A stretch of 64,000 nucleotides of DNA from Malacoraja senta (lineage: Eukaryota), in NCBI GenBank assembly GCA_038087875.1, contig JAXLNO010000373.1:1-64000 (forward strand), read 5' to 3'. The notes below the pieces were generated by a model, which ran no database searches, was not told the origin of the DNA, and saw nothing but the letters and a program-made list of their open reading frames with translations. Positions within the stretch are counted from its first letter, which is position 1. Every line of letters begins with the position of its first letter. Positions 26,281 to 39,432 of this stretch are shown one piece after another. A program made the position numbers and the translations under genes.

Positions 26281-28712
26281 TCTCTCTTAGGGTGGTTAAT
26301 TTTGCCAATGACTTAAAAGTGAATTTAAATAGGAACATCTAACTCAAAACAATGATGTATTAATCTAGTACTCTGAAGATGAGTCAATTAATTCAAGAGA
26401 GAAGGCGAAGATATACATAGATTTTTCTGTTTGTGGACCACTTTATCTAATGACTTTATTTCAAAGGTAATTAATTGCCTGCAGGGTGCGTTTAGATAAG
26501 GCCGCGATGTGAAAAATGGCGTATTAATGGAAAGGTCTTTGTCTTTCCTGGGGTAGAAATTTAAGATTTGTTGAGCCAGATCGAAGTTAGCTTTCAATTA
26601 CTGACCAAATGCAATGGCTAGAAATGACGGCAAATCCAATATGTTTTGAGTAATCTGTGGACAATACATTTAATTTTCAGGAACTTCATTGGTGCGAGGG
26701 AATAATCGAAGATAGACACAAAATGCCGGAGTAACTCAGCGGGGCAGGCAGCATCTCAGGAGAGAAGGAATGGGTGGCGTTTTGGGTCGAGACCCCTCAT
26801 ATGGCGGGTAGAATCTAGCTTTATTTTTGGACACTTAAACCATTCAGGTTGTGGAATGAGGTATTGCCCTGGGGACTGCTTGCAATTTAACAAGATGAAC
26901 GTTCGGCCATTTGTCTCGTGGACGTCTCTCTTTGTTCCCAGGCAGAAGTCAAGGACATTTGTAAACTCATTGACCATATATCAGGCTGGACATTTCTTTA
27001 AGCATCCCTGGACTTTGACGATGACTCTCAACACATTCATTTTAAATGCATGAAGCCAGTGTTACATGGTCCACACCCTACTCCAAAACTAGTTCAGAAG
27101 AGGAAAGATTCAATAGACAATAGACAATAGGTGCAGGAGTAGGCCATTCGGCCCTTCGAGCCAGCACCGCCATTCAATGTGATCATGGCTGATCATCCCC
27201 AATCAGTACCCCGTTCCTGCCTTCTCCCCATATCCCCTGACTCCGCTATCCCTGAGAGCTCTATCTAGCTCTCTCTTGAAATTTCACACCGAGAGTGGTG
27301 AGTCTGTGGAATTCTCTGCCTCAGAGGGCGGTGGAGGCCGGTTATCTGGATACTTTCAAGAGAGAGCTAGATAGGGCTCTTAAAGATAGTGGAGTCAGGG
27401 GATATGGGGAGAAGGCAGGAACGGGGTACTGATTGGGGATGATCAGCCATGATCACATTGAATGGCGGTGCTGGCTCGAAGGGCCGAATGGCCTACTCCT
27501 GCACCTATTATCTATTGTCTATTATCTATTGACCACAAGTGAAACTTCTAATGACCTACCAATGAAGGGCATTGTGCCTGATACAGATTAAACACAAAGG
27601 GCGGTGGGTGTATGGTTCAAGCTGCCAGAGGAGGTGGTTGAGGCTGGAACTATACCAAAGTTCAGGAAAGTTAGACAGATACATGGATAGGACAGGTTTG
27701 GAGGGAAATGGGGCAAACGTGGGACATGTTGGCGGGTGTGGGCAAGTTGGGCTGAAGGGCCTGTTTCCACACTGTATCAATCTACGACTAGTGTAGCTGT
27801 GACATGTTGGCCGGCGTGGGCAAGTCGGGCTGAAGGGCCTGTTTACACACTGTATCGGGCGGTCACGGTGGCGCAGCGGTAGAGTTGCTGCCTTACAGCA
27901 AAATGCAGCGCCAGAGACCCGGGTTCGATCCCGACTACGGGTGCTGTCTGTACGGAGTTTGTACGTTCTCCCCGTGACCTGCGTGGGTTTTCCCCAAGAT
28001 CTTCGGGTTCCTCCCACACTCCAAAGACGTGCGGGTTTGTAGGTTAATTGGCTTGATATAAAATGTAAAATTGGCCAAGTTGGCGATATGCAGAATACTG
28101 CCCTGCCGACTATAAGATTCAGACGGTTCAGGAGGTATCACGCTATGACTCTATAAATTGGGCAAAGGGGGTGAGCAAGAACATATTGTAGCAATGGGGC
28201 GAGCATCTTTGGGACGTGCAATCTGCCCAGTTCCCATTTCCAGAGAGGGCTGGTCTCACTGTTTAATACACAATATGCCGCGACGATTTCAGAAATGCCG
28301 TAGGCACTTTGCGGTCATTGGTTGCCATGCCACCCAGCGGATAATTGACCATGGCACCACAGAGGAGTCCGATGGGAATCCCAGGTCACTCCCCCTTCAA
28401 CGGGAATCTTTTCATCCACAATCAACAACAGATGCTGATGGAAAATTGATTGGAAAGCTTCGGGATGAAGGGGACCAATTTGACCTCGTCTGTCAAAGGA
28501 CAGTACAGCACAGGAACAGGCCCTTCGGCCCACAACGTCTGTGCCGAACCTGACGCTGAGCTAAACTAATCAGACTGAAGAAGGGTCTCGACCCGAAGCA
28601 TCACCCGTTCCTTCTCTCCAGAGATGCTGCCTGCCCCGCTGAGTTGCTCCAGCATTTTGTGTCTTTCTTCGGTTTAAACCAGCATCTGCGGTTCTTTCCT
28701 ACACATAGCATC

Positions 28713-29422
28713 AATAGACAATATTCGGCCCTTCGAGCGAGCACCGCCATTCTATGTGATCATGGCTGATCATCCCCAATCAGTACCCCATTCCTGCCTT
28801 CTCCCCACACCCCCTGACTCCGGTATATTCAAGAGCTCTATCTAGCTCTCTCTTCAAAGTATCCGGAGAACCGGCCTCCACCGCCCTCTGAGGCCAAGAA
28901 TTACACAGACTCACAACTCTCTGTGTGAAAAAGTGTTTCCTCATCTCCGTTCTAAAAGGCTTACCCCTTATTCTTAAACTGTGGCCCCTGGTTCTGGACT
29001 CCCCCAACATCGGGAACATGTTTCCTGCCTCTAGCGTGTCCAAACCCTTAATAATCTTATATGTTTCAATAAGATCCCCTCTGCTCCTTCTAAATTCCAG
29101 AGTATACAAGCCCAGCCGCTCCATTCTCTCAGCATATGACAGTCTCGCCATCCCCGGAATTAACCTTGTAAACCTACGCTGCACTCCCTCAATAGCAAGA
29201 ATGTCCTTCCTCAAACTAGGGGACCAAAACTGCACACAATACTCCAGATGTGGTCTCACTAGGTCCCTGTACAACTGCAGAAGGACCTCTTTGCTCCTAT
29301 ACTCAAGTCCTCTTGTTATGAAGGCCAACATGCCATTGGCTTTCTTCACTGCCTGCTGGACCTGCATGCTTACTTTCAGTGACTGATGAACAAGGACCCC
29401 CAGACCCCGTTGTACTTCCCCT
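28713..29422 (-). mobile_element. Longest CR1 ORF2 3' fragment in the window
   Basis: 195-aa ORF 28780..29367 with KKANGMLAFI...LVRPHLEYCVQFWSP. Confidence 0.9.
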
Positions 29423-29476
29423 TTGCAGTTCCTTGTTTCTACAAGACACTAGAAGGGGCCCATTGTCCATCGCAAG

Positions 29477-30192
29477 CAGGCATGTGCCGTGAGTAATTAG
29501 TCAGGCAGTGGCTTAAAAAAAATCTTGAAAACCGCGCATGCGCAGATTGTTCTCTCGACTTTTATCAGGTAATTTGTCTTCAAAAGTTCCTATCTCTTGA
29601 TAAAGTATTTAAAAACATATAGCTCAAAGAAATTTACTTACCATATTATCTGTACACAAAACCAATTCTTCTCTCTTTGTTTCCTGTTGTACCAACCTAA
29701 AGGTTCTAATTATTTTTGTTCCTTTGCGCTGGTGAAGTTCTTTAAGTTCCGGCGTTGGTCGGCCATTTTCAATTATTTGCGTCTTTTCCTCGTAAGTTCG
29801 CTTTGAGAAACTCTTCAGGTAATCACTATCCATCTTTGAGAAGCCCGCCAAGAAACCTGCGCGTGCGCAATAGGCTGGTGCGCAGCGCAAAACACGCACG
29901 CAGTCCACAGCGTAAAGGCAGAATTTCAGCTGATGGCTTGAAGCATCGTCGACGGCACGTGGGTAACACATACGTCCGCGTTTAAAATGTACTGCGGATG
30001 AAAGGCACGGGAGAATTATGCCTCCCTAAGAGATCGACCTCTTAGGGAAGCATAATTCTCCCGTGCCTTTACTATTTATTACCATTTTATTTATGTTTTA
30101 TATATATTTTATATATATAAAATAATGACCATTTTATAATTTTAGTCATGGTAGGTACTGCCTACCTTGCCTACCCTGACGGCACGTGCCTG
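29477..30192 (-). mobile_element. Internally deleted hAT element (Tip100-like) with a possible transposase N-terminal relic
   Basis: TIR caggca(t/c)gtgccgt and 8-bp flanks atcgcaag/accgtaag. Minus strand reads MDSDYLKSFSKRTYEEKTQIIENGRPTPEL...IRTF. Confidence 0.7.
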
Positions 30193-31230
30193 ACCGTAAG
30201 TCAATGCCCTGTTCCACCAGAGCTTCTAAACACTTCATCTTGGGGGGAAAAGACAAAATCTTGAAAAACGAATGACTAAAACATGACAAGGAATATGTTC
30301 TGAATAACCACAGCCTGGGCATGAAAGGGACAGTCTATAATCGATACTGCGCTGTTTTTTGTGGTGAGTCAGGCCGGTGAATTCTGTGCCTGAATTTTAA
30401 AATATATTTTCAATAAGACCCTGGAAGAATTTAAATTTGATTGAACAGTATCTCTCGTCGCCTGATTAAAAAAAATCCGAGATGATTCATCTGAGCAGTT
30501 GATGAATCTTAGCAGGGCAATATCACAGGACAGTGAACAGAGTTAGCTGAAGGGCAACGCTGAAATCAAAGGCACTGCATTCATTCACGTGACAATATAT
30601 ACTCAACGACAAGGGTCTCTAAACAACCTTGCTTTTATCTCTTCCATCTGTAACTACACTCTGCGTGATCACATCCCTTCTGTCATTAGTGTTTAAGAAA
30701 GAACTGCAGATGCGGGAAAAAAATCGAAGGTATACATAAATGCTGGAGAAACTCAGCGGGTGACGCAGCATCTGTGGAGCGAAGGAATAGGTGACGTTTT
30801 GGGTCGAGACCCTTCTCCAAGAACACACTGTAACACTGACTTCTGTTGTTAGAATCTCACTTACATAAAGAGCCCTTTATAAAAGTGTTTCACAAATGTA
30901 AAATGTCGGGGTCAGATTTTGAATACTAATACACCAAACATTAAAAGCCGAACAAAATAATTTGCTACTTTCTCTCTCCAATTAAGATAACTATGAGAAA
31001 GAGAATGTCAAAACTCGGTGCGATTAATAAAAGGATTCTTTATTCCTTTCATATCTCGCACTTTGCTATTCAAGTTTCCTTCTGTGTTATGGTGCCATTT
31101 GTCACCTTGCTTCCTACTTTGTCAGTAACAATTTGTCTATTATCCCTTACAATGACAGCACCTGCAAGAGTTCCTTAGTAACAAATGGCTGCTATTAGTC
31201 ACAAGTTAAAGTCCACGTGGAAATGAATTA

Positions 31231-31561
31231 AAGCCCTGTCCCACGGTACGAGTTCATTCCAAGAGCTCTCCCCGTGTTTGCCCTGATTCAAACTCGGAGA
31301 TTTACGGTAATGGCCGCTCGTCGGTACTCGGGGCTCTCATGGACATTTTTCAACACGTTGAAAAATCTTCACGAGTCTTCCCGTGCTTACCTGCCGTTAG
31401 CGAGTCTTCCCGAGTACCTGCCGTTAGCGTTACGAGCCGCTAAGAGACGTCCCCGAGCTCCGACGTACCCGCTACGTTCATTCTCCGTGCTTACCACGAG
31501 TTTGATTTTTTTTAAACTCGGGAGAGCTCTTGGAATGAACTTGAGCCGTGGGACAGGGCTA
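31231..31561. mobile_element. Harbinger-like MITE
   Basis: tta-aagccctgtcccac...gtgggacagggcta-tta. Confidence 0.8.
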
Positions 31562-32228
31562 TTAGTGTAGGAAGGAACTGCAGATGCTGGTTTAAACCGA
31601 AGATTGACACAAAAAGCTGGGGTAACTCAGCGGGACAGAGAAGGTATGGACGACGTTTCGGGTTGAGAAAAAGGGTCTCGACACCAAACGTCGGCCATTC
31701 CTTCCCTCCAGAGATGCTGCCTGTCCCGCTGAGTTACTCCAGCTTTTTGTGTCAATCTTCGGTGGAAAGGTTCATTATAGTTTTGAGACACAGCATGGAA
31801 ACAGGCCACTCGGCCCACCGAGTCCACGCTGACCAGCGATCACCCATTCACACTAGCACTATCCTGCACACACTAGGCACAATTTACCTAAGTCAATTAA
31901 CCTACAAACCTGCACGTCTTGTGGAGTGTGGGAGGAAACCGGAGCACCCGGAGAAACCTCACACAGGTCACGGGGAGAAGGTACAAACTCCGTACAGACA
32001 GCACCCGTGGTCAGGATCGAACACGGGGTCTCTGGCGCTGTGAGGCAGCAACTCTACAGCTGCGCCACCGTGCCGCTTGTATTTAGCCCACAAAACCCTA
32101 AACCTTTCATATCCATGTACCAATATCCAATGTTGTGATTGTTCCTGCCTCAACTACCTCCTTCTGGCAGCTCCTTCCACAAGGACCAACTGCAGGCAAA
32201 TGGCACTAGCTAATTGGGGGGGGGGGGA

Positions 32229-32630
32229 AGACACACAGAGTGCTGGAGTAACTCAGCGGGTCAGGCAGCATCTGTGGAGAACATGGATAGGTGACGTTTC
32301 ACAGAGTGCTGGAGTAACTCAGCGGGTCAGGCAGCATCTGTGGAGAACACGGATAGGTGACGTTTCACAGAGTGCTGGAGTAACTCAGCGGGTCAGGCAG
32401 CATCTGTGGAGAACATGGATAGGTGACGTTTCACAGAGTGCTGGAGTAACTCCGCGGGTCAGGCAGCATCTGTGGAGAACATGGATCGGTGACTTTTTAA
32501 GTCAGTCTGAAGAAGGGTCCCAACTCCAAACCTCAGCTACCGATGTTCTCCAGAGATGCTGCCTGACCCGCCGAGTTACTCCAGCAATTGGTGTCTTTTT
32601 TTTTGTGAACCAGCATCTGCAGTTTGTTGC
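32229..32630 (-). repeat. Array of four 66-bp pLTR-derived units plus an inverted pLTR, without the core
   Basis: Unit cacagagtgctggagtaactcagcgggtcaggcagcatctgtggagaacatggataggtgacgttt repeated. Confidence 0.85.
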
Positions 32631-33029
32631 TTCTCTGGCTTAGATGAGACGTGGGTGAGTTGAGTTCATGCTTATATACTTCTATCAGGTCTGGGTCTGG
32701 TAATGCCACTTCCTTTTGATGCAGCCTGACCCCGCTACGAGAGGCTTGAAATGCGCTTGGCTACGCTGTATAAATCACCGAAGGCCACATCTGCACCTCC
32801 CCCAGTTAATCCATCGTTACTGCTGTGGTAAGGCAATTGTTTCCATCTGTGCCATGGTTACATAATTCCTTAATCAATAATTTCCTGCCTGCAACACTAT
32901 GTCTCCAATGCTCCCATTTTGAGCAGAGAGCAGGCAGTGGTAATTAATTTATTTCCAGGCCTGCTAACAATTCATCAGACTCTGCAGGTTATACAGACTA
33001 TACTGTGTGCAACCGGACAAGAGAACAAG

Positions 33030-33330
33030 TGGCGCAGCGGTAGAGTTGCTGCCTCGCAGCGCCAGAGACCCGGGTTCCATCCCGACTACGGGCGCTGTCT
33101 GTACGGAGTTTCTACCTTCTCCCCGTGACCTGCGTGGGTTTTCTCCAGGGTTCTCCGGTTTCCTCCCACACTCCAAAGACGTGCAGGTTTGTAGGTTAAT
33201 TGGTTTGGGCACAATTGCAACTTGTCCCTAGTGTGTGTAGGATAGTGTTAGTGTGCGGGGATCGCTGGTCGGCGCGGACTCGGTGAGCCGAAGGGCCAGC
33301 TTCCGCGCTGTATCTCTAATCGAAACTAAG
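33030..33330 (+). mobile_element. HE1-like SINE
   Basis: Same A/B boxes, central domain and tail. Confidence 0.83.
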
Positions 33331-33383
33331 AAATTCTCGGAAGGTGACTAAAGTTACATTCAGCCGAACAAGAGAATTCGGTC

Positions 33384-34015
33384 GTAGACAAGAATGCTGG
33401 AGAAACTCAGCGGGTGAGGCAGCATCTACGGAGCGAAGGAATAGGTGACGTTTCGGGTCGAGACTTTGTCAGGGATAATAGACAAATTGTTACTGACAAA
33501 TTAGGAAGCAAGGTGACAAATGACACCATAACACAGAAGGAAACTTGAATAGCAAAGTGCGAGATATGAAAGGAATAAAGAATCCTTTTATTAATCGCAC
33601 CGAGTTTTGACATTCTATTTCTCATTAATTGGAGAGAGAAAGTAGCAAATTATTTTGTTCAGCTTTTAATGTTTGGTGTATTAGTATTCAAAATATGACC
33701 CCGACATTTTACATTTGTGAATTACTTTTATAAAGGGCTCTTTATGTAATTGAGATTCTAACAACAGAAGGTATACAGAAAATGCTGGAGAAACTCAGCG
33801 GGTGAGGCAACATCTATGGAGCGAAGGAATAGGTGACGTTTCGGGTCGAGACCCTTCTTCATGAATCAGTGTCACAATGTGTTCTTGGAGAAGGGTCTCG
33901 ACCCAAAACATCACCTATTCCTTCGCTCCAGAGATGCTGCCTCACCTGCTGAGTTTCTCCAGCATTTTTTGTCTACCTTCGATTTTTTTCAGCATCTGCA
34001 GTTCTTTCTTAAACT
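33384..34015 (+). mobile_element. Penelope-type insertion carrying an inverted copy of host sequence 30690-31150
   Basis: TSD agagaattc(g/a)gtc at 33371-33383 and 34016-34028. The interior is the reverse complement of 30690-31150. Confidence 0.8.
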
Positions 34016-34666
34016 AGAGAATTCAGTCAATATTTTATCAATGAGGATTCTGAGACATGCAGAGTGAGTGGGCATTTATCTGCGCTTCCGCAGAGACTGC
34101 TTGCTCTACACAACGAGGGTAGTGGGAGGCACGGCACACTCACGAGGACAGCAAAATCAATATTTGCCCAGATGGGACATGGTTTCTGTTGCAATTAAAC
34201 ATACTCCACTACGGAGAGCGGATGATTCAATGATGTGAGGCAGATGTTGACACCATAAAGGTTTACACTACGACAGCCTAATAAACTGTTAAGATGATTT
34301 TATCCAGCAGATTTATTTATCATAGACTATACCACCAAGAAAAGAAGGTCAAATTTTCATAAAAAGATTCTTGTTTTAAATAGAATATCAGGAGCAGTAA
34401 CTGGGGCAACATCACACACAGGAACATTCGCAGGGCAAGAGCTGCTCATGTAGTGACTCCCCTAACGACACTGGCCTTGCATAACCGGCCTTGCTCTGGT
34501 ATTTTATTTAATCCACATGTTTAATCAATAATGTTTTATTTATTAATGTTTAATGTTTTATGTGTCATTCCTAACTGTCACTGTATGTCACGTTGTCGGA
34601 GCACCAAGGCAAATTCCTTGTATGTCAATACTTGGCCAATAAACTTAATCATAACTGTGAACAACC

Positions 34667-34962
34667 ACGGTGGCGCAGCGGTAGAGTTGCTGCCTCGCAG
34701 CGCCAGAGACGCGGGTTTGATCCTGATTACGTGTGCTGTCTGTACGGAGCATGCACGTTCTCCCCGTGACCTGCGTGGGTTTTCTCCGTGTGCTCCGCTT
34801 TCCTCCCACACTCCAAAGACGTACAGGTTTGTAGGCTAATTGGTTCTGGTAAAATTGTGAATTGTCCCTGGTGAGTGTAGGCGCGGGGGTCGCTGTTCGG
34901 CACGGACTCGGTGGGCCGAAGGGGCCTGTTTCCAAGCTTTATCTCTAAACTAATAAACTAAA
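34667..34962 (+). mobile_element. HE1-like SINE
   Basis: Same architecture. Lies tail-to-tail with the minus-strand copy at 35035-35345. Confidence 0.82.
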
Positions 34963-35034
34963 AACCCCAAGGAATATTAATAGGCATCTGTGAACGCACT
35001 GGTTTTTATCCTCAGGTGGAAGTAAGGAAACATT

Positions 35035-35345
35035 TAGACTTTAGTCGTTGAGGTACAGCACGGAAACAGGCCCTTCGGCCCACCGAGTCCGCGCCGACCA
35101 GCGATCCCCGCGCATTCACACTATCCTACACACTAGGGACAATTTACCAATTTTACCAAGCCAATTAACCTACAAACCTGCACGTTTTTGGGGTGTGGGA
35201 GGAAACCAAAGAACTCAGAGAAAACCCACGCAGGTCACGGGGAGAACGTACAAACTCCGTACAGACAGCACCCGTAGTCAGGGTCGAACCCGGGTCTCTG
35301 GCGCTGTGAGACAGCGACTCTACCGCTGTGACACCACCGTGCCGC
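35035..35345 (-). mobile_element. HE1-like SINE
   Basis: Same architecture on the minus strand. Confidence 0.82.
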
Positions 35346-36724
35346 CCCATGGACTTGTCTCTCTTCTCGTTATTTTTTAGGACGTGCATTTTATTTTTGC
35401 AGCCGTCAATTTTTCTGCAAAAAGTCATAGTTGATTTTACTCGATTTCCAAATCAAATTCCATATTCTTCATTTGTGAAAGTAATAACATTAACATGGAG
35501 TAGAGAAACGAAGGGCCGAATGGCCTACTCCTGCACGTATTGTCTACTGGCTGTGACAACTGGCAGGGTAAAGAATGCCTGCAACCAACAGTAATGGTGT
35601 GTCTTTAATTCCAAGTAATGCATCATTTTCAGCCGAGTGAGATGATCTGAATACAAAGCATGACATATCCGTTTGTAGGTTATAGAGTCCCCATACATCA
35701 GATACATGCATCGAACCAGACTCATTCATCATCTGCAGATCCATATCCAAACTAGGCCAAAGCTCAATTCCCAATATCATCTTGGTTCGAAGACAAATTA
35801 TATTCTTTCCACATACGGTCTGAATCTGTATCAGGCACAATGCCCTTCATTGGTAGGTCATTAGAAGTTTCACTTGTGGTCAATAGATAATAGACAATAG
35901 ACAATAGGTGCAGGAGTAGGCCATTTGGCCCTTCGAGCCAGCACCGCCATTCAATGTGATCATGGCTGATCATCCCCAATCAGTACCCCGTTCCTGCCTT
36001 CTCCCCATATCCCCTGACTCTGCTATTTTTAAGAGCCCTATCTAGCTCTCTCTTGAAAGTATCCAGAGAACCGGCCTCCACCGCCCTCTGAGGCAGGGAA
36101 TTCCACAGACTCACAACTGGTCAAGTTGCAGCCAGGTTTCTTCGTGGAAACAGGATGGCAAATGCAGGAAGAATGAGGATTGTCATCATCACCGACGCCC
36201 ATCCATGTTGACTTCCAGAGAATTATTGCAAACAAAACTACATTCATGTTGGATGAGCAGAATCAGGCCATTCGTCCCATCGAATCTACTCCGCCATTCA
36301 ATCATGGCTGATCCATCTCTCCCTCTGAACCCCATATTCCTGCCTTCTCCCCATAACCCCTGACACCCGTACTAATCAAGAGCCTGTCAACCTCCGCCCT
36401 ACAAATATCCACTGACTTGGCCTCCACAGCCGTCTGTGGCAATGAGTTCCACAGATTCACCACCCTCTGACTAAAGAAATTCCTCCTCATCTCCTTTCTA
36501 AAGGAACATCCTTTAATTCTGAGGCTGTGACCTCTAGTCCTAGACTCTCCCACCAGTGGAAACATCCTCTCCATATCCACCCTATCGAAGTTAATTAAAA
36601 ATGCTAAATAATGACATAATCACACGCACTTCACCATTCAATGTTAGATTCCATGTTCTCAATCATACTGGGATCCCCATGTATCATGGAGATATCATCC
36701 TCTATGCATCAGGATAGAACCTAA

Positions 36725-37313
36725 AGCCCCTGTCCCACTTAGGCAAACTTTTTCGGCGACTACAGGCGACTAGGCTGTCGCGACATGGTCGCGGGGTGAC
36801 GCCTGTATGGTCGTGAGTCGTCTCCTCAAGTCGCCCAAAGAGTCGTAACGTTTTTCTGGTCGACGCTGGATTTTGAAATGTTCACAACTTTTCGGTGACT
36901 GTGTGCTTGACGTAGCTTGTCTTCTCCTGACGTAGGTTGTCGCCGGGATGATGCAGGTTGTCGCCGGGTGCTGCCGTCGGTGAATTCCATTGGCGACTAC
37001 CCACGCCAACCGGCGACTGAATTGTCTTCCGTTGTCGCCGACAGGGTCGTTGCTTGTCGTAGCTTGTCGCGGGTGGACGTAGGTTGTCTTTGGTTGTCGC
37101 CTATGTGGTCGTAGGTTGTCGCAGGTGTTGTCGTAGGTGGACGTCCTAATGGGTCGCCGGTTGTCGGTAGCTTGCCGTAGCTGTACGTCGACTAGGTGGA
37201 AGCTTGTCATAGACATTGGCGTAGGGGGGGGGTATCCAGTCACCGTTTTTTCGGTGACCTGCTACGACTGTGACAGTCGCCGAAAAAAAAATCGCCACAG
37301 TGGGACAGGCCCT
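36725..37313. mobile_element. Harbinger-like MITE
   Basis: taa-agcccctgtcccact...agtgggacaggccct-tta, with a gtcg-rich interior. Confidence 0.8.
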
Positions 37314-37863
37314 TTACGAATCACCTAGCCCCAAACATCAACACTGATATTGATCACTGCAGTTCAGATCGATTGAGCAAGCTGAGAAATTAATGATGAC
37401 AGGTCGTCCCAGTGGTGAAACTGGTCGTGCTGCTGCCCACTGACGGCAGAGACCCAGGTTCAATCCTCACCCAGTCTGTGCAAAATATGGTGCAAGGTTA
37501 AACTAATCTCTTCTGCCTGCACATGATCCATATCCCTCCATTCCCTGCCTATCCGAAAGCCTTTTAAACACCACTATCGTATCTGCTCCATCACCACCCA
37601 CAGCCATGCGTTCCAGGCACCCACCCCACTCTGTGTAAAAAAAACTTGTCCCTGTAGCGGCACCAAACGTGGTGAATAAAGGGGAGACTTCAGGCCGGTT
37701 CAAACAGTCGTTTATTCAGGTTCGACACGTTAGGTTGGTGCGCTAACTATATTAACATTCCCCGTTAATCTTTGCCCCTCTCAATGTAAAGCTGTGCCCT
37801 CTAGTCTTTGAAATGTTCACATTGGGAAAAAGATTTGACTGTCGACCCTAACTGTGCCATGAG

Positions 37864-38360
37864 GTTCTCCACAGATGCTGCCTGGCCCGCTGAGTTACTC
37901 CAGCACTCTGTGAAACGTCACCTATCCATGTTCTCCACAGATGCTGCCTGACCCGCTGAGTTACTCTGGCACAGTGTACTTCTGTGCTTTGTAAGCTATA
38001 CGGAACCACACTATAAATGATAAGGTAGACCAAAATGCTGGAGAAACTCAGCGGGTGCGGCAGCATCTATGGAGCGAAGGAAATAGGCAACGTTTCGGCC
38101 CGAAACCCTTCCGGGTTTCGGCCCGAAACGTTGCCTATTTCCTTCAGGGTTTCGGCCCGAAAGGTTGCCCATTTCCTTCGCTCCACAGATGCTGCCTGAC
38201 CCGCTGAGTTACTCCAGCACTCTGTGAAACGTCACCTATCCATGTTCCCCACAGATGCTGCCTGACCCGCTGAGTTACTCCAGCACTCTGTGAAACGTCA
38301 CCTATCCATGTTCTCCACAGATGCTGCCTGACCCGCTGAGTTACTCCAGCACTCTGTGTC
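37864..38360 (+). repeat. Composite pLTR-derived module, copy C
   Basis: Same core from 37970 and the same junctions. Confidence 0.85.
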
Positions 38361-39232
38361 TTTTATCCGATCTTTAGACTTTTAGACTTTCGAGATACAG
38401 CACAGAAACAGGCCCACCGGGTCCACTCCGCATACCAGCGCTATCCTACACGCTAGGGGCAATTTCCAATTTACAGTAGCCAATTAACCCGGACACCTGT
38501 AGGTCTCAGGAGTGCGGGAGGAAACTGGAGCACCCGGAGAAAACCCACACAGTCACAGGCAGAACAGATAAACTCTGTACAGACAGCACCCGTGGTCAGG
38601 ATGGAACCGATGTCCACAATGTCCCCTTCCCCAAAAATTAGACTTTGCAAGGCTGGGGAAAAAATATTCTACAGTGGAGTGCGTACAATCAGAAACGCAA
38701 GACATACTTAACGTGGTGCATTTGTAACACTGGTTAAACTACATAGAGTAAGAAGGAACTGCAGAAGCTGGTTTAAACCGGAGATAAGACACAAAGTGCT
38801 GGAGTAACTAAGCGGGACAGGCAGCATCTCTGGATAGAAGGAATGGGCGACGTATCGGGTCCAGACCATTCTTCGGACTGGTTGGGGATAAGGGAAACGA
38901 GAGATATAGACGGTGATGTGGAGAGATAAGGAACAACGAATGAAAGATGTGCCAAAAATGTAATGTTTAAGAAAGAACTACAGATGCTGGAAAATCGAAG
39001 GTCGACAAAAATGGTGGAGAAACTGAGGCAGCATCTATGGAGCGAAGGAATAGGTGACGATTCGGGGCGAGACCCTTCTTCAGGCTGATGTGGGGGTGGG
39101 GTGGGTGGGAAGAAGAAAGGAAGAGGCGGAGACAGTGGGCTGTGGGAGAGCTGGGAAGGGGAGGGGAAGGAGGGAGAATAGACAATAGACAATAGGTGCG
39201 GGAGTAGACCATTCGGCCCTTCAAGCCAGCAC

Positions 39233-39432
39233 NNNNNNNNNNNNNNNNNNNNNNNNNNNNNNNNNNNNNNNNNNNNNNNNNNNNNNNNNNNNNNNNNNNN
39301 NNNNNNNNNNNNNNNNNNNNNNNNNNNNNNNNNNNNNNNNNNNNNNNNNNNNNNNNNNNNNNNNNNNNNNNNNNNNNNNNNNNNNNNNNNNNNNNNNNNN
39401 NNNNNNNNNNNNNNNNNNNNNNNNNNNNNNNN
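39233..39432. other. Assembly gap (200 N)
   Basis: N run. Confidence 0.99.

Noticed and set aside
33030..33100. tRNA genes
   Set aside because: The A/B-box heads continue into SINE bodies and tails, and no complete cloverleaf is evident.
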